Origin: an uncultured Chloroflexia bacterium | GTDB lineage: Bacteria; Chloroflexota; Limnocylindria; Limnocylindrales; CSP1-4 | Length of the DNA stretch: 64,000 nt | Reading direction: 5' to 3' | Assembly: GCA_963752475.1 (NCBI GenBank) | Contig: CAVVYR010000019.1 | Coordinates: forward strand, 64,001 to 128,000 | In this document: one piece after another, positions 10,812 through 21,011 of the stretch | How the letters are laid out: every line of letters starts with the position of its first letter | Numbering within the stretch: position 1 is the stretch's first letter | The notes under the pieces: generated by a model | The model's database searches: none | Seen by the model: only the letters and a program-made list of their open reading frames with translations | What the model was told of the DNA's origin: nothing | Made by a program: the position numbers and the translations under genes

Positions 10812-11861
10812 CTAGCGCTTCAACAGGATTCGACGAGCGTTGTCGGCGTACACGCGTCGCAGCACTTCGTCCGGCAGCCCGACGCCGTGGATCTGCCATC
10901 GACCCTGGAGCGGGTAGTCGCCGAGGTCGTAGTCGAAGGACTCATCGAACGTCTCGAGGAAGCGGTAGAAGATGCGGTACATCTCCGGGTCGTAGCCGAA
11001 ATCGGTGCCGAACAGGATGCGGTCGCTGTACTTCAGGAAGAACTCACGCGCGGTGTACGGCTGGCGACCGAGCTCGCTGATGCGGGCGGAGATGTCGACG
11101 TAGAGGTTGGGATTGCGGTCGAGCATGCCGGAGACCAGCGCCAGGTCCTCCGAGGCACAGCCGACGTGCGCTCCGATGAAGGTCGTATCGGGGTGGCGGG
11201 CGACCACGCGCTCGAAAGCCGCGATGATCTCGTCGAACATCGGGAAGCCTGCCTCGTCGGCCTCCGAACGAGGCGGCCAGAAGTGCCAGTCCGGATGAGC
11301 GTTCAACTCTTCCCAGCGCTCGTTGTACTCGTCGAGGCGATCGAAGAAGGCGATCGGATCTGCGACGTGCACGATGACCACCGCGCCGGTTCGGGCAGCG
11401 ACGGCCCACACCGGATCGAGGCGAGGGTCGTCGACCGGCACCAGTCGCCCCTGGGGGTCACGAGCGCGCAGCCCCAGCGGCTTCCAGGCCTTGATGCCCA
11501 CGGCTCCACGCTCGACGGAGTCCTCGAAGCGTTCGGCCTCCATCTGTCCGAAGTCGGGCCGCTCTGCCCACTCGTCGTAGGCCATCTGTGCCACGTGTGC
11601 GAAGCGTGACGGGTGGGCGCCAGCGTATTTGGCGTGGCGCTCGCTCAGCGCCTCACCCTGTCCACCATCGAGATCGACGATGGTCTCCACCGCCGCCTCA
11701 TCGAGAGCCGCAAGAAGCTCGGACACCGGCCGCCTGGACCAGCCGTAGCTGAAGACGTCGCCGAGGTGATTGTGGGCGTCGACGACGCCGAAGCGCGGCT
11801 TCTCGATACGGTGCTCGGGCAAGCGCAGCTTGTTCACGGGTCGGTAATCGTTCAGACGCAT
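10812..11861 (-). CDS. Amidohydrolase_2 family metal-dependent hydrolase
   Basis: DAHNH, HVADP, GAH and RILFGTD motifs. Confidence 0.9.
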   Translation of the reverse strand: MRLNDYRPVNKLRLPEHRIEKPRFGVVDAHNHLGDVFSYGWSRRPVSELLAALDEAAVETIVDLDGGQGEALSERHAKYAGAHPSRFAHVAQMAYDEWAERPDFGQMEAERFEDSVERGAVGIKAWKPLGLRARDPQGRLVPVDDPRLDPVWAVAARTGAVVIVHVADPIAFFDRLDEYNERWEELNAHPDWHFWPPRSEADEAGFPMFDEIIAAFERVVARHPDTTFIGAHVGCASEDLALVSGMLDRNPNLYVDISARISELGRQPYTAREFFLKYSDRILFGTDFGYDPEMYRIFYRFLETFDESFDYDLGDYPLQGRWQIHGVGLPDEVLRRVYADNARRILLKR

Positions 11862-11877
11862 GGTTCCCCCGCCGGGC

Positions 11878-11985
11878 TACTTGATGCTGCCGGCGGCGAG
11901 ACCGCCGACGAGCCATTACTCGATGATGATGAAGAGGATGACCACCGGCACGATGGCCACGAGCGACGAGGCACTGCCAGTCCCA
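11878..11985 (-). pseudogene. Orphan 3' remnant of a MalG-type ABC permease
   Basis: Hand translation ...SASSLVAIVPVVILFIIIE*WLVGGLAAGSIK* resembles the C-termini of the intact permeases at 9436 and 13314; internal TAA. Confidence 0.7.
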
Positions 11986-12125
11986 CCTGTGTCAACAGTG
12001 AGCGTTCAAGATCGCTGGGCTCGACAGCCCTGACGTGGCCGGGCGGTGCTCCCGACGGGTGGATACGTGCGGTGTGTTCTGCAACACTGAACCCACGTCA
12101 CCTACGGCAGTCGTAAGGAGCAGGC

Positions 12126-13313
12126 ATGAACGGACGCGAACGGATGGCTCTTGCGATGAGCGGCGGGGAGGCCGATCGCGTCCCGGTGATGTGCCAGTTG
12201 GCCATCGGCCACTACATGCTCAACACGGACATCGATCCCGTCGATATCTGGTTCACGAGCGATGGCTTCGCACGCGCCCTCGTGCAACTCCAGCGTCGCT
12301 ACCGCTTCGATGGCATCCTCGTGAACCTGCCCGGTCGGCCGGACGGGGTGCTCGACCGGGTCGTTTCTCGACGACGGACACCTGACGGCCAGGTCCTCGA
12401 GTTCGACACCGGCGAGCGGGTCGAGGTCCCTGATGATGACAACGCCCAGATGAAGCTCGGGTCATCCGGCCGGGAAGATCGCTTCGACTTCCTCAGCCAC
12501 ACTGTCGCCGACCTCGATGACCTGGACCAATTCGCCGGCTACCTGTGGGGTACCTACCACATCCCCTGGCTGCCCGAAAAGGCCGACCCCGGTCCGCTCA
12601 GCGAGGTGCCCGAGTACTTCTACCGCACGATCGACCAGGTCCGCGAGCTGACCGACGGCGAGGTCGCGGTCCACGGCGAGGTGTTCTCGCCCTTCACCCA
12701 CTTCATGGAGCTCGTGGGCTACGAGTCGGCCCTGACGAACCTCGTCATGGACCCCGACAAGGCGCACGCCATCCTCGAGCGGTTGACGGCCGCATCGATG
12801 GCCTGGGCGGCGGGACAGGCTCAGCGTGGCGTCGACGCCGTCCTCATCTCGTCCGCATTCGCCGGCGGCCCGCTGCTCTCGCCCGAGTACTACAGGGACT
12901 TCGTGATGCCCTACGAAGCCCGTGTCGTCGAGGCCACGAAGCGTGAGGGTGTCCCGGTCTATACGCACACCTGTGGTGCCATCGGGGACCGGCTCGATCT
13001 GATGGTGGCGACCGGGACAGAGGGCGTCGACACGCTCGATCCGCCGCCCCTTGGGAGCGTCGAACTGGCCGAGGCCAAGGCGCAGATCGGCGATCGGGTG
13101 TTCCTCAAGGGCAACATGAACTCGGTCGAGCTGCTCCGCATGCAGACGGCCGACGAGGTGCGGGCCCATGCCCGCGACCGCATCGTCAAGGGCTCACCCG
13201 GCGGTGGCTACATCCTGTCGACGGCCTGCTCCGTGGCACCCGGCGTGGAGCCCTGGAAGCTGGAGATGCTTGCGCCTCTCGCCGAAGAGATCGGTGCGTA
13301 CGCCAAGCCCTGA
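12126..13313 (+). CDS. Uroporphyrinogen decarboxylase/MtaA-family protein
   Basis: N-terminal ER...DRVPV; SPF, HTCG, KGN and GGYILSTAC motifs; AAGGAG RBS. Confidence 0.88.
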   Translation: MNGRERMALAMSGGEADRVPVMCQLAIGHYMLNTDIDPVDIWFTSDGFARALVQLQRRYRFDGILVNLPGRPDGVLDRVVSRRRTPDGQVLEFDTGERVEVPDDDNAQMKLGSSGREDRFDFLSHTVADLDDLDQFAGYLWGTYHIPWLPEKADPGPLSEVPEYFYRTIDQVRELTDGEVAVHGEVFSPFTHFMELVGYESALTNLVMDPDKAHAILERLTAASMAWAAGQAQRGVDAVLISSAFAGGPLLSPEYYRDFVMPYEARVVEATKREGVPVYTHTCGAIGDRLDLMVATGTEGVDTLDPPPLGSVELAEAKAQIGDRVFLKGNMNSVELLRMQTADEVRAHARDRIVKGSPGGGYILSTACSVAPGVEPWKLEMLAPLAEEIGAYAKP

Positions 13314-14141
13314 TCAGCCCTTGACGGCACCGGAGGTGAGGCCCCGGATGAACTGCTTCGACATGAGCAGGTAGAGCACGAGGATCGGCAGGGCGGATAG
13401 CGAAAGCGCGCTGAGGATGCGGTTCCAGTCGGTCTGGTACTGACCGAACAACGCCGTGACTCCAAGCATCACCGTGTTGTGCGAGTCGTTGCTGATGAGG
13501 ATCAGCGGGAACCAGATGTCGTTCCAGATGGGGATCAGGCTGAAGATGGCCACCGTCGCGAGCGCCGGCCGGATGAGCGGCAGGGTGATCTTGTAGTACA
13601 TCTGCCACTCCGACGCCCCGTCGACCCGGCCAGCCTCCCCCAGCTCATGGGGCAACCCCCTGATGAAGGCCGTCAACACGAAGATGCCGATGGGCAGGCT
13701 CATCGCGACGTAGATGGGGATCAGTCCGTACATCGTGTCGATGAGCCCGAGCGACTTCACGATCTGGATGAGGTTGATGGTGCCCAGGCGGATGGGCACC
13801 ATCATGCCCGCGATGAAGGCCAGGTAGACCAGCGTCGACGTCCGCGATCGCCAGTTGGCGAGGGCATAGGCAGCGAGGGAGCCGATGAACATCACGAGCA
13901 CGATGGCGGTGATGGTCACGAAGAGGCTGTTGCGGAAGTAGAGCGCGAAGTCCCCATCGGTCCAGGCCCGGATGTAGCCGTCGAAGGTGATCGTGTCCGG
14001 GATCCCGTAGGGGTTGCGGAAGATGTCGCGCTTGGGCTTGAGCGAGTTCGAGAGCATCGTCCACAGCGGGAACAGGACGATGAGCGCCCATGCGCCGAGG
14101 ATGAGGTGGGTGGCGAGCTTGGAGCTGCGGGACTGCTTCAT
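13314..14141 (-). CDS. Carbohydrate ABC permease (MalG-like)
   Basis: EAGRVDGAS, WNDIWFPL and GLTSGAVKG motifs. Confidence 0.93.
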   Translation of the reverse strand: MKQSRSSKLATHLILGAWALIVLFPLWTMLSNSLKPKRDIFRNPYGIPDTITFDGYIRAWTDGDFALYFRNSLFVTITAIVLVMFIGSLAAYALANWRSRTSTLVYLAFIAGMMVPIRLGTINLIQIVKSLGLIDTMYGLIPIYVAMSLPIGIFVLTAFIRGLPHELGEAGRVDGASEWQMYYKITLPLIRPALATVAIFSLIPIWNDIWFPLILISNDSHNTVMLGVTALFGQYQTDWNRILSALSLSALPILVLYLLMSKQFIRGLTSGAVKG

Positions 14142-14144
14142 CGA

Positions 14145-15116
14145 CTAGGCCCTGTCATCGCCACGACGGGAATAGACGAGCCACATCGAGACGCCGGCGA
14201 AGAGGATGAGGAAGGTGAGCGTAGCGACGGCCGCGCCGATGCCCATCTCGGGCCGCGCGACCGGGTGCTCGCCCGCGATCGCGGTGCGGTAGAAGAACGT
14301 GCCCAGCAAGTCCGCCTGGTAGTCGGGTTCACCTCTCACGCCGGCCATCGCGAAGACCACGTCGAAGGCGTTGAAGTTGCCCACGAAGGTGAGCACGGTG
14401 ACGATGCCGATGACGGGCTTGAGCAGCGGGAGCTGGATGCTCCGGAACGTACGCCACGCGCCGGCCCCGTCGATGGCGGCAGCTTCGAGCAGGTCGTCCG
14501 AGATGCTCAGGAGCCCAGCCAGGAAGAGCATGGTCGGGAGCCCGACCCACTGCCACGAGGAGACCAGCGAGATCGCCGGGAGCACAAGGTCCGGGTCGCC
14601 GAGCCAGGGCCGAGCCAGCGCTTCGAGGCCCACGTTCTCGAGCAATGCGTTGAGGGCGCCCCAGCGTGGATTGAGGATGAGCGTCCACAGGAAGCCGGTG
14701 ACCAGCACCGACAACGTCGCGGGCACGAAGATGATCGTGCGGTAGAAGTTCCGGCCCCTGAAGGGCTTCGAGAGCAGGAGCGCGAAGAGCAGGCCCAGCG
14801 TGTTCTGGACCAGGATGTGGATGAAGAAGAAGATGAAGGTGTTGCCGAGGGCGTTGAGGAACCGGTCTCGGTACCACGGGTTGCTGAAGAGTTCGACGTA
14901 GTTGTCGAGGCCCACGAACCGCTCGGGCGTGAGGCCCGTGCCCGTGTAGAGGCTGAGCCCCATGGAGTTGATGAGGGGCAGCGCCATGAACCCGACGTAG
15001 ATGACGACCGCCGGGATGAGGAAGATGATCCACCAACGGCGTCGGGTGCGTTCCAGGCTCCGGAGCGACGACCCGCCGGTAGTGTCGGCGACCTTCCGGC
15101 TCGTCCCTGCTGTCAT
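14145..15116 (-). CDS. Carbohydrate ABC permease (MalF-like)
   Basis: FVGLDNY and EAAAIDGA motifs. Confidence 0.93.
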   Translation of the reverse strand: MTAGTSRKVADTTGGSSLRSLERTRRRWWIIFLIPAVVIYVGFMALPLINSMGLSLYTGTGLTPERFVGLDNYVELFSNPWYRDRFLNALGNTFIFFFIHILVQNTLGLLFALLLSKPFRGRNFYRTIIFVPATLSVLVTGFLWTLILNPRWGALNALLENVGLEALARPWLGDPDLVLPAISLVSSWQWVGLPTMLFLAGLLSISDDLLEAAAIDGAGAWRTFRSIQLPLLKPVIGIVTVLTFVGNFNAFDVVFAMAGVRGEPDYQADLLGTFFYRTAIAGEHPVARPEMGIGAAVATLTFLILFAGVSMWLVYSRRGDDRA

Positions 15117-15217
15117 CGCGAGTCCTCGGTCATGTCAGCGACGGAGGCGGAGCCTCTCGACCCCTACCTCCGTCGATGGTCACTCGATGCTAGTGATCGC
15201 TACCGATCGGCAGTGCG

Positions 15218-16498
15218 CTACGCACCGCAGCCCTGCGCCGGCTCGTACCACTCGGCCAGCCCTGCCTGCAGGGCATCCGCAGCCTCCTGCGGCGTGGTCG
15301 TGCCGTTGGAGATGCCGACCGCACCCGCCTGCATCAGCGTGTAGCCGTCGGGGCTGCCGTCGAGCAGCACCGGCCAGGCCCAGCGGACGTCGAGCCCGGC
15401 TGCCGTCTCGTTGAAGCCGAGGAACGTCGCGGCGTGCTCGTTCTCGACCACCGGGATCTCCTCATGCGCCGGGAAGAAGCCCGGAAGCTCGGCTGCGAGC
15501 AGCTCGGCGAGCTGCGGGCCGGAGAGCCAGTCGAGGAAGACCTTGGCGGCTTCCTGGTTCTCTGACGCGGCGTTCAGGCCCATGCCGGCGTCGAGATGGA
15601 AGGTCACGTGCTGGTCCTTGCCCTCCGGCGCGGGGATCGGGAAGATGCTCCACTCGAAGTCGGGCGCCTCGGACTCGAAGAACGGGATGTCCCACGAGCC
15701 GCCGAACCACATCGCCGCCTCGCCCAGAAGGAACAGCTGCTGGCTGTCGTAGTACGCCAGTGCCTCGTGCCCCTCGGGCAGGTAGGGCGTGATGTCCGCG
15801 ACCGCCTGGAACGCGGAGACCGCGTTCTCATCGTTGAAGCAGCGCTCGCCGCTGAGGTACGCCTGGCGGCCCTCGACGCCACCGATGAACGTCGGTGCCA
15901 GGTTCATGAAGACGATCTCGGCCATGGTCCACTCGTCGCCGGCCGCGTTGGCGAACGCGTCGTAGCCTGCGTCCTGGACCGCTTGGGCGGTAGCGATGAG
16001 CTCGTCCCAAGAGGTCGGGACCGAGAGCCCGAGCTCGTCCAGGAGGTCGGCGTTGTAGTAGATGCCGTGCGAGACGGCCACGAACGGAATGCCGTAGGGC
16101 ACGCCGTCGTCGGTGGCCCATGGCGCGCGCGCGCCTTCGGTGAAGTTCTCCATCAGCTGCGGGACGTCACTCAGCTCCGAGAGGAAGCCCTCGTCGTAGA
16201 GCTGACGCGACGTGGAGAACGACCGCAGGTACATCAGGTCGGGACCGGTCCCGGCCTCGAGCTGCGAGCGCAGCGTGGCGTTGTAGTCCGGTGGGTTCGT
16301 GGGGTCGAAGCTCACCATGATGTCCGGATGCTCGGCGTGGAACGCGTCAAGGATGGTGTTCATCTGGTCGACGTCATCGACGCGCCAGGAACCCATCACG
16401 AGCTCCGTCTGGTCCTGCGCTGCGGTTGGCGCCGCACCCGCGACGGCGAGGACGCCTGCAGCTCCCATGGCCACGAGCCCGGTGAATCGCTTGGACAT
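15218..16498 (-). CDS. Carbohydrate ABC substrate-binding protein
   Basis: Signal peptide from MSKRF (ATG 16498, GGAGGAGG RBS); YGIP..IYYN motif. Confidence 0.92.
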   Translation of the reverse strand: MSKRFTGLVAMGAAGVLAVAGAAPTAAQDQTELVMGSWRVDDVDQMNTILDAFHAEHPDIMVSFDPTNPPDYNATLRSQLEAGTGPDLMYLRSFSTSRQLYDEGFLSELSDVPQLMENFTEGARAPWATDDGVPYGIPFVAVSHGIYYNADLLDELGLSVPTSWDELIATAQAVQDAGYDAFANAAGDEWTMAEIVFMNLAPTFIGGVEGRQAYLSGERCFNDENAVSAFQAVADITPYLPEGHEALAYYDSQQLFLLGEAAMWFGGSWDIPFFESEAPDFEWSIFPIPAPEGKDQHVTFHLDAGMGLNAASENQEAAKVFLDWLSGPQLAELLAAELPGFFPAHEEIPVVENEHAATFLGFNETAAGLDVRWAWPVLLDGSPDGYTLMQAGAVGISNGTTTPQEAADALQAGLAEWYEPAQGCGA

Positions 16499-16696
16499 GT
16501 GTGTTCTGTCCCTCCTCCGTGCGTCTCGTCCGCCAGCGACGTGACCCTGCGACATCCGGTCAGCCAGGTCCCGCCGATGCCAAGCCGGGAGACACTCCAC
16601 GGCTTTGTAAACGGACTGGACAAAGTTGCCGTCTCAAGTCTAGCGCCGCCCGCAACAGGCGTCACGTCGACTGCGTCGAGCGACTAGCATCCGGCC

Positions 16697-17753
16697 ATGC
16701 CTTCCGTACTCTCCCGAAAGATCCCCCTCGCCGAGCTGCACTGCCATCTCGGCGGAGCGGTGAACCCAGCCATCATGTGGGGCATCGCCCACGCCCAGGG
16801 CATCCGCCTGCCGAGCAAGGACTTCTGGGAGTTCCGGGACATGATCACCGTGTCCAAGCGGCGTGGTCGGTCGTTCGACGGCTACCTCCAGCTCTTCCAC
16901 TGGACCGAACTCATCCAGTCCTCGCCGCTGGCCGTGGAGCGCTCGACCTACGAGGTCATCGGCGGCGCCTACCGCAAGAACCACGTGACCACCATGGAAC
17001 TCCGCTTCAACCCCATGAAGCGAAACCGGGGAGGGGAGCAGGACCTCGACCACATCATCAGCGCGGCCATCCGCGGCATGGATCGGGCCACGCTCGAGTA
17101 CCCCGTCAAGCCGGGCCTGATCCTGTGTCTCGACCGGGCCTTTCCACAGCATCTCAACGAGATCATCGTGGAGAAGGCCATCGCCTATCGCGCGGCGTGG
17201 CGTCGTTGGCATCGACATCGCCGGCCCCGAGTCCTCTACCTTCGACCCGGCCGACTACAAGGGCGCCTTCGAGCGCGCCCACAAGAAAGGGCTGGGCATC
17301 ACCGTCCACACCGGCGAGTCGGGTCCGGTCGAGGAGGTCGCGGAGGTCATCGAGCAACTGCAGCCCGACCGCCTCGGCCACGGCGTGAAGTCGGCCTACG
17401 ACGAGCGCACGATGGGCATGCTGCGCGAGCGCGGCATCACCCTCGAGCTCTGCCCCACCAGCAACCTCAACTCGCGGGTCGTGTCGGGCTGGGACGAGTT
17501 CGCCTGGATCTTCGACACGTTCCACAAGAACGGCGTCCGCTACACCATCAACACCGACGGTCCCGAGATGCTCAAGACCTACATCCGCGACGAGATGGCC
17601 TCGCTGGCGCGGAAGGGCATCCTCTCGGTCGAACAGCAGGAGCAGGCTGCTGCCTGGGCCCGCGAAGCGTCGTTCGTCGAGGGGGCCGATGACGTGTCCC
17701 TGCCCAAGCGCACCCCGGCCACGCGGCGCCAGATCGAGCGCGAGGAGGCGTAG
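16697..17753 (+). CDS. add: Adenosine deaminase family protein with one frameshift near 17192
   Basis: ELHCHLGG in the first frame; GVVGIDIAGPE, TVHTGE, RLGHG, CPTSN and INTD in the second frame. Confidence 0.85.
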
Positions 17754-18117
17754 CGGCGTGTGAGCGGTCGCCCGATCTTGCCCATCTATCACTCCCGGTG
17801 GTCGTAGGTGCATGGATGACCCAAGCTGGCTGTGACCGGACACTGCCAGAGTGCGCGGCAAGCGTGGAAGTGGCCGAAGACGGCCACCAGTTGCCGGCGA
17901 TGCGATCCTGGCCTGCGCCTAGTACCACCCCGGTTGGCAGGTGACCCAGAGGCGGCACCATAGAGCCGCAAACGGTCCGACGTGAGTTCGTCAGGGCTCC
18001 TCGGACGCGAGCTCGAGACGGCCCTCATCGAGCCCTCTCACGAATGCCTCAGCGTGTCTCCTCCCCGCGTCGTCCTTGGCCAGGTCTTCCTCGATCACTT
18101 CGAGCCAGGCGATCTCC

Positions 18118-19083
18118 CTAGAGCAGCCCCTCGGCCTCCTCGAGCGTGGCCTGGCCGTCGACGCCACCGATGGCGCGCACCGACAGCGAGCCACAGGCCA
18201 CGCCCAGGGCCAGGCACTCGGCCAGTGGCCGACCCTCGATGAAGCCGTAGAGGAAGCCGGCGTTGAAGCCGTCGCCGGCACCGGTCGAATCGACGACCTC
18301 GACCCTGTCAGCCGGCACCCGCAGGGCCTCGTCGCCACGAACGGCGAGGGCCCCATCGGCTCCGAGCTTCACGACCACGGTCAGCGGTCCCGCTGCCGGG
18401 TCGCGACCCGCTTCGTCCGCTCGCGTCACCAGCGCCTGGGCCGCCTCGAGCGGATCCATGATCCCGCTGATGAGTGCGGCTTCGCGCTCGTTGGGCAGGA
18501 ACACGTCGGTCGCTGCGAGCATGGCGTCGATGCCCTCCCACTTGCGCTCGGGGTCCCAGTTGGTGTCGAAGGAGGAGGTCGCGCCGGCAGCGCGGGCCTC
18601 TCGATAGAGGGCCGGCAGGCCGGGCCGCAGCTTGGGCTGGATGCCGGTCGACCCCGCATGGATGTGGCGGACGTGCGGCAGGATCTCGCGCGGCACGTCC
18701 TCCGCCCGCAGGCGGTCGATGGTGCCGGTGGCCGTGAGCATGGCACGGTCCTCGCCCGTCCCCAGGTGCACGGTCGCGCCGGTCGGGATGGCGGGGTCCA
18801 CGGTCACGGTCGAGGTGTCGACCCCGCGCTCGCGCAGGCCCTCGAGGATGGCGTGGCCCAGGATGTCATCGCCCACGATGCCACCGTGCGCCACGCGCAG
18901 ACCGAGTCGTGCCAGTCCACAAGCGGTGATGGCCGAGGAGCCGCCGACGGTCAGGCGGATCGTGCCGACGTACTTCTCGACCTGTCCGAACTCGGGCACG
19001 ACATCGCTGCCGATGACGAGGATGTCGGGATTGACATCGCCGATGACGTAGACATCGGTCTCGGGCACCGGCGCGTCACTCAT
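18118..19083 (-). CDS. PfkB-family carbohydrate kinase
   Basis: GGSS, PNERE, VVKLGADG and DSTGAGDGF motifs. Confidence 0.93.
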   Translation of the reverse strand: MSDAPVPETDVYVIGDVNPDILVIGSDVVPEFGQVEKYVGTIRLTVGGSSAITACGLARLGLRVAHGGIVGDDILGHAILEGLRERGVDTSTVTVDPAIPTGATVHLGTGEDRAMLTATGTIDRLRAEDVPREILPHVRHIHAGSTGIQPKLRPGLPALYREARAAGATSSFDTNWDPERKWEGIDAMLAATDVFLPNEREAALISGIMDPLEAAQALVTRADEAGRDPAAGPLTVVVKLGADGALAVRGDEALRVPADRVEVVDSTGAGDGFNAGFLYGFIEGRPLAECLALGVACGSLSVRAIGGVDGQATLEEAEGLL

Positions 19084-20069
19084 CCTGGGTTGCCCGGGTA
19101 GCCGGCAGCCCAGCCCTCGGTGGGTTCGGGCCCCTTGGACAGCGGCGACCGCTCGCGCCAGGGCACGGCTTCGGCCTCCACGATGTCGACCAGCCGCTGC
19201 ATTCGGGCAGCGCCGGTCTCGGCCAGCCAGGTGTCGCGCTCGGGCAGCTCCATATGGGCAGCTTCCTTCCACACCGAGCGGCCCACGAGCACGCCGGAGG
19301 CACCGGCCCGACAGGCAGCCAGCGTCTGAGCCTCGAAGGTGGCATCGTCGACGCCGGCCGAGAGGATGACCCAGGGGATGGCGCTGGCTTCTTCCATCTC
19401 AGCACAGGCCTCGGCCCAGCGCGTCTGGTCGGTGACGCCGGCGTCGTATGGGAACTCGCACTTGTAGACGTCGCCGCCGAGCGCGGTCAGGCGTCGGGCC
19501 GAGCGGACGACCGCATCACGTCGGACCTCGTCGGTGAGCTTGGCGACGCCATCCTCGATGGGATAGGTGAGCACTTCGAGGAACAGTGGGATGTCGTTAT
19601 CGACGCAGCACTCGGCGACCTCGATGAGGAGCCGCTCCTGCTCCTCGGCATTGGCCGCGTCCGGGTGGTAGTAGATGAGCAGCTTCACCGCGTCCGCGCC
19701 CATGCGCTTGATCTGGCTCACGCTCCAGCCCTCGATCAGCCGGCTCGTACGCTCGGTCGGAGGGCCGTCGTAGCCGCTCTCCTCGACGGCCACCATGAGG
19801 CCGCAGCCCGAGGGCAGGGAGCCATCGTGCACGGCGGGGCCGGCGCCGAGCTCCGGGTCGAGGAGGATGCCGTCGGCGACCGGGGCCACGGCGCGCACGA
19901 TCGAGCGCTTGATAGCCACGAGCTGCTCGTAGCTGATGGAGCCGGGATCGTCGGGCGCAAGCGCACGGCGAAGGTTGTTTCGATGATCGAGGGCGAGGAC
20001 GGAGAAGGTGCCCTTGTCCGAGGCACAGGCGTCCAGGCCGCGTAGTGTGCCGAGCCTCACGCTGAGCAT
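19080..20069 (-). CDS. lacD: Tagatose-1,6-bisphosphate aldolase (class I, LacD/YihT family)
   Basis: ALDHR, ILLDPELG, DAVKLLIYY, PWVILSAGV and GVLVGRSVW motifs. Confidence 0.85.
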   Translation of the reverse strand: MLSVRLGTLRGLDACASDKGTFSVLALDHRNNLRRALAPDDPGSISYEQLVAIKRSIVRAVAPVADGILLDPELGAGPAVHDGSLPSGCGLMVAVEESGYDGPPTERTSRLIEGWSVSQIKRMGADAVKLLIYYHPDAANAEEQERLLIEVAECCVDNDIPLFLEVLTYPIEDGVAKLTDEVRRDAVVRSARRLTALGGDVYKCEFPYDAGVTDQTRWAEACAEMEEASAIPWVILSAGVDDATFEAQTLAACRAGASGVLVGRSVWKEAAHMELPERDTWLAETGAARMQRLVDIVEAEAVPWRERSPLSKGPEPTEGWAAGYPGNPG

Positions 20070-20145
20070 CCTCCCACTGCGACGAACGGCTCCCTCCATG
20101 GCGGGAGCCGCGTAGACCTGATGCTACCATCGCCTTCTTGTGACA

Positions 20146-20203
20146 TACGGACGTCCGTACCACTCTTGACACCGATGGCACGATGAGGACCGGACGTCCG
20201 TAC
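20146..20203. promoter_or_regulatory. Pair of palindromic operator sites, likely for the adjacent GntR
   Basis: Perfect TACGGACGTCCGTA at 20146-20159 and ACCGGACGTCCGTAC at 20189-20203, flanking TTGACA at 20166-20171 in the divergent intergenic region. Confidence 0.75.
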
Positions 20204-20256
20204 ATCTCAAGTCGAGCATCTGACACGCCGACGCGTGCCGGCCAGGAGGAGCAAGC

Positions 20257-20985
20257 GTGACGGTCGAGGCAGGCGGCGCGCCCCTATATCGACAGATCCA
20301 GTCCGACCTTCGCGAGCGCGTCTCGAGCGGTGAGCTCGAGCCGGGCGCCCAGATCGAGACCGAGCAGGAGCTGATCGCCCGCTATGGCGTCAGCCGGGCG
20401 ACCGTTCGCCAGGCGCTCTCGGGCCTCGTCGCCGAAGGGCTTCTGGAGATCCGTCGCGGTCGCGGCACGTTCGTCCACGGCGCCGCTCTCGAGCACCGCC
20501 TGGGCGGCTTCTACACCTTCAGCCGTGAGATCGAGCGTCATGGCATGCGTCCTGGCACGCGCGTTCGAGGCATCGGCCTGGAGCCTGCCGGCGACGATGT
20601 GGCGGAGGGCCTGGGTCTGGCGTCTGGTACCTCGGTCGTGGCGCTGTCGCGCGTGCGGCTGGCGGACGATCAGCCCATCGTGAGCGAGACCAGCTACCTG
20701 CCCGCGGCCCGCTTCAAGGACCTCGAGGAGGTCGACTTCACCGATACCAGCCTGTACGAGACGCTTCACAACGCCTATGGCGTGCGCCCGATGCGGGCGC
20801 GGGAGACGTTCGTACCGGTGCTGATGAGTCCCGACGATGCGGAGGTCCTCGGTGGTGCTACCGGCGACCCCGTGTTGAGCGTCGAACGAACCACTTACGA
20901 CGCCGACGGCGTGATCATCGAGTACTGCCGATCCATCCTTCGCGCTGACCGCTACCGCTACTCGGTCGAGCTGCGCGACGTCTGA
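20257..20985 (+). CDS. GntR/HutC-family regulator with UTRA domain
   Basis: PLYRQI...YGVSRATVRQA...GRGTFV wHTH; UTRA C-terminus. Confidence 0.95.
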   Translation: MTVEAGGAPLYRQIQSDLRERVSSGELEPGAQIETEQELIARYGVSRATVRQALSGLVAEGLLEIRRGRGTFVHGAALEHRLGGFYTFSREIERHGMRPGTRVRGIGLEPAGDDVAEGLGLASGTSVVALSRVRLADDQPIVSETSYLPAARFKDLEEVDFTDTSLYETLHNAYGVRPMRARETFVPVLMSPDDAEVLGGATGDPVLSVERTTYDADGVIIEYCRSILRADRYRYSVELRDV

Positions 20986-21011
20986 CCCGCATCGACCGAA
21001 CAGGAGCCGAC

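Noticed and set aside
13479-15344. Long antisense ORFs (621 aa here; also 6341-7651, 41246-42352 and others)
   Set aside because: Shadow frames of high-GC genes on the opposite strand with no recognisable motifs.
17754-18117. ncRNA or gene remnant in a 360-bp gap
   Set aside because: No recognisable motif; a short minus-strand tail (EIAWLEVIEED...) could not be assigned.
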